A stretch of 37,319 bases of DNA from Kiritimatiellia bacterium (lineage in GTDB: Bacteria; Verrucomicrobiota; Kiritimatiellia; SLAD01). Location: NCBI GenBank assembly GCA_007125875.1, contig SLCI01000114.1, forward strand, positions 1 to 37,319. The letters run 5' to 3'. Each line of letters begins with the position of its first letter. Within the stretch, counting starts at the first letter, position 1. Below the pieces are notes generated by a model. It was not told the origin of the DNA. It searched no databases and worked only from the letters and a program-made list of their open reading frames with translations. The position numbers and the translations under genes were made by a program. This document shows positions 35,094 through 37,319 of this stretch, piece by piece.

Positions 35094-35806
35094 TTGATGT
35101 CCCCAAACCGACGATGACGATGAGCGTATTCATCGAGCGCCGCCTGTAAGTGTGGTTCACGAAAATCAGGCCATAAAACATCGGTCACATAAAGTTCTGC
35201 GTAGGACAATTGCCATAGCAAAAAATTACTCAATCGCATCTCACCGCTGGTCCGAATCATTAAGTCGGGATCCGGCACGTCGGGTGCGTAGAGGTGCTCC
35301 GATATCGTCTGCCCGGAAATATCTTCGGGCTTTAGCTCGCCCGACTGCACTTTACGTGCAATCTGCTGAGTCGCATCGACCAGCTCGGCACGTCCGCCAT
35401 AACTCAACGCCAAAATCAGATTGCCCGCGGTGTAGTCTTTCGTCGCAGCGATCACCTTGTTCAGCTTGCGCTGAATCAGTTTGGGCAGATCTGCTATCCG
35501 GCCAATCACTCGCAAACGCACTTGATTCTCATGAAGCTCGTGCTCGTTATTCTCAAGAAACAGGCGCAACAACTTCATTAGGCCACCGATTTCTTCACGT
35601 GGACGCACCCAATTTTCCACACTAAAGGCGTAGAGCGTCAGGTATTCCACGCCAGCATCACGACAGCCACGCACCACTGCGCGCACGGAATCCGCCCCCG
35701 TCTCATGTCCCTTGATGCGAGACAATCCTTTCTGTTTAGCCCAGCGGCCATTGCCATCCATAATGATGGCAACATGACGGGGAACGTTGGAAGGTGATTC
35801 ACTCAT
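35090..35806 (-). CDS. uppS: Undecaprenyl diphosphate synthase
   Basis: HVAIIMDGNGRWA, YAFSVENW, IRTSGEMRLSNFLLWQ, RRFG. Confidence 0.97.
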   Translation of the reverse strand: MSESPSNVPRHVAIIMDGNGRWAKQKGLSRIKGHETGADSVRAVVRGCRDAGVEYLTLYAFSVENWVRPREEIGGLMKLLRLFLENNEHELHENQVRLRVIGRIADLPKLIQRKLNKVIAATKDYTAGNLILALSYGGRAELVDATQQIARKVQSGELKPEDISGQTISEHLYAPDVPDPDLMIRTSGEMRLSNFLLWQLSYAELYVTDVLWPDFREPHLQAALDEYAHRHRRFGDIK

Positions 35807-37098
35807 GTCCGAAATTTACACACTGAATCGATCACAAAGGTACTATGGCGCTTGGGTCCAACCGAGACGATCCCTACCGGCACACCGGTCAACTCTTCCA
35901 AACGCGCCATGTAACGTTTGGCGGCATCAGGCAAATCCTCCAAGCGCTCAATCTCGGTCGTGTCAGACTGCCACCCGGGCATCTCCTCGTAAACAGGTCG
36001 GCAGCGCGCATAGGCCCGCACGGAAGCGGGCACCGTTTCGATCCGCTCGCCATCACACTCATACGCCACACAAATCGGGATCTTCGCCTGCTGATCAAGC
36101 ACATCCATCTTGGTCAACGCCCAGTAGTCGATGCCATTCACCATCGCGGCATAACGACCCACCACGGCATCGAACCAGCCGCAACGTCGCGGGCGCCCCG
36201 TGGTGGCACCGAATTCATTCCCGGCCTTACGTAAGGATTCGCCGGATTCGTCGTGCAGTTCGGTCGGAAACGGTCCCTCGCCCACCCGAGTCGTGTAGGC
36301 CTTGATTACGCCAATGACTTTCGCGATGCGATGCGGCGGAACCCCGCTACCGGTGCAGGCTCCGCCCGCACTGGCACTGGACGATGTAACAAAGGGATAG
36401 GTACCATAATCGAGATCCAGCATCACACCTTGCGCACCCTCAAAAAGGATCGCTTCTTCGCGCGCATCCGCGTCGTTCAGTAGCTTAATGGTATCTGCTA
36501 TATAGGGTTTCAGGCGCGCGGCCAGCGCGACGTAGCGCGCTACACATTCTTGTTCATCGACTTGAGGCGCATCTAACGCGGCCAAGACCTGATTATTCTC
36601 GCGCACCCGCGCGGCCACTAAATCCGCAAAATCCGGCTCCAGCATATCACCGATGCGCAATCCCACCCGGGATGCCTTGTCCGCATAGGTGGGACCAATG
36701 CCCCGCTTTGTGGTGCCGATTTTCTCTTTGTCGGCGGCGCGACCTTCGCGTGAAGAATCAATCAAACAGTGATACGGCATGATCATATGCGCACGATCAC
36801 TCACAAACAGACGACCGATCGTGATGATTCCTGAAGCCTCAACTTCGTCGATTTCTTTTTCCAAGGCGGCCGGGTCAATGACTACCCCATTACCAATCAC
36901 GCATTGGCAGCCGTCCCGTAAAATTCCGGAAGGCAAGAGATGCAGTACATAGCGCTGATCGCCAATTTCAACCGTATGACCTGCGTTGTTGCCGCCCTGA
37001 TAGCGCACAACCCACTGGTGATGAGGCGCAATGACATCGATGATCTTTCCCTTGCCCTCGTCACCCCATTGGGAACCAATCAAAACCGTATTTGCCAT
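35803..37098 (-). CDS. purA: Adenylosuccinate synthetase
   Basis: GSQWGDEGKGK, GGNNAGHT, FEGAQG, GTYPFVTSS, FGATTGRPRRCGW. RBS GGAGG upstream of ATG 37098. Confidence 0.98.
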   Translation of the reverse strand: MANTVLIGSQWGDEGKGKIIDVIAPHHQWVVRYQGGNNAGHTVEIGDQRYVLHLLPSGILRDGCQCVIGNGVVIDPAALEKEIDEVEASGIITIGRLFVSDRAHMIMPYHCLIDSSREGRAADKEKIGTTKRGIGPTYADKASRVGLRIGDMLEPDFADLVAARVRENNQVLAALDAPQVDEQECVARYVALAARLKPYIADTIKLLNDADAREEAILFEGAQGVMLDLDYGTYPFVTSSSASAGGACTGSGVPPHRIAKVIGVIKAYTTRVGEGPFPTELHDESGESLRKAGNEFGATTGRPRRCGWFDAVVGRYAAMVNGIDYWALTKMDVLDQQAKIPICVAYECDGERIETVPASVRAYARCRPVYEEMPGWQSDTTEIERLEDLPDAAKRYMARLEELTGVPVGIVSVGPKRHSTFVIDSVCKFRT

Positions 37099-37162
37099 GA
37101 CTTTCAGGACCTCCAGCGCAATCAGTGAAATCGACGACGAACAACACCCAACACCCGCGCAG

Positions 37163-37191
37163 AGCCTAGGCAAACGCTAGATAAGGGTCAA
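37163..37191 (-). promoter_or_regulatory. Putative sigma70 promoter of the purA-uppS-cdsA-rseP run
   Basis: Minus strand TTGACC-17 bp-TAGGCT, about 65 bp upstream of the purA start. Confidence 0.55.
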
Positions 37192-37319
37192 GCCTGCATG
37201 CCAAAGAGGCAGCGGATTCAGATCGTATACAGTCGCGTAGGCCCTTCACCACTGTGCGAAAGGCTGGCCGAAATAATGGACACGAGATCCAAAACCATAA
37301 AAGTTGATTTACTCCCACG

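Noticed and set aside
37200-37319. 3' end of an upstream gene or a purine riboswitch before purA
   Set aside because: No recognisable protein or riboswitch motif; the predicted promoter leaves only a short leader.

Overview
Chromosomal housekeeping region (moderately GC-rich) of a Gram-negative bacterium. Gene content and repeat style suggest the PVC superphylum, possibly Kiritimatiellota; this is inference only. Exported proteins are acidic, Arg-rich and almost Lys-free, which suggests a halo/alkaliphile. Left half: outer-membrane beta-barrel, ftsK-rodZ-like-pgsA, two small genes, argA, an exported histidine phosphatase, hypothetical-HD-uvrA, a 577-aa unknown protein with tandem transglutaminase-like motifs, and EF-G paralogue-yebC-ruvC. 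Right half: one ~17.5 kb minus-strand run, purA-uppS-cdsA-rseP-hyp-GH13-zinc peptidase-OTC-heptosyltransferase-lptD-epimerase-gspG-pseudopilin-nadC-coaX-trpA-manC. No rRNA, tRNA, CRISPR-Cas, transposase or phage genes were recognised. The most unusual signals are non-coding: (i) five palindromes TTCCAAyGATTGGAA at an exact 31-bp period (19007-19149); (ii) a reconstructable nest of tiny mobile palindromes at 14812-15180 (REP > 30-bp palindrome > 248-bp MITE with TTCC duplication > REP doublet > 21-bp insert), with an inverted partial copy at 19318-19498 that brackets ruvC-yebC-EF-G2.
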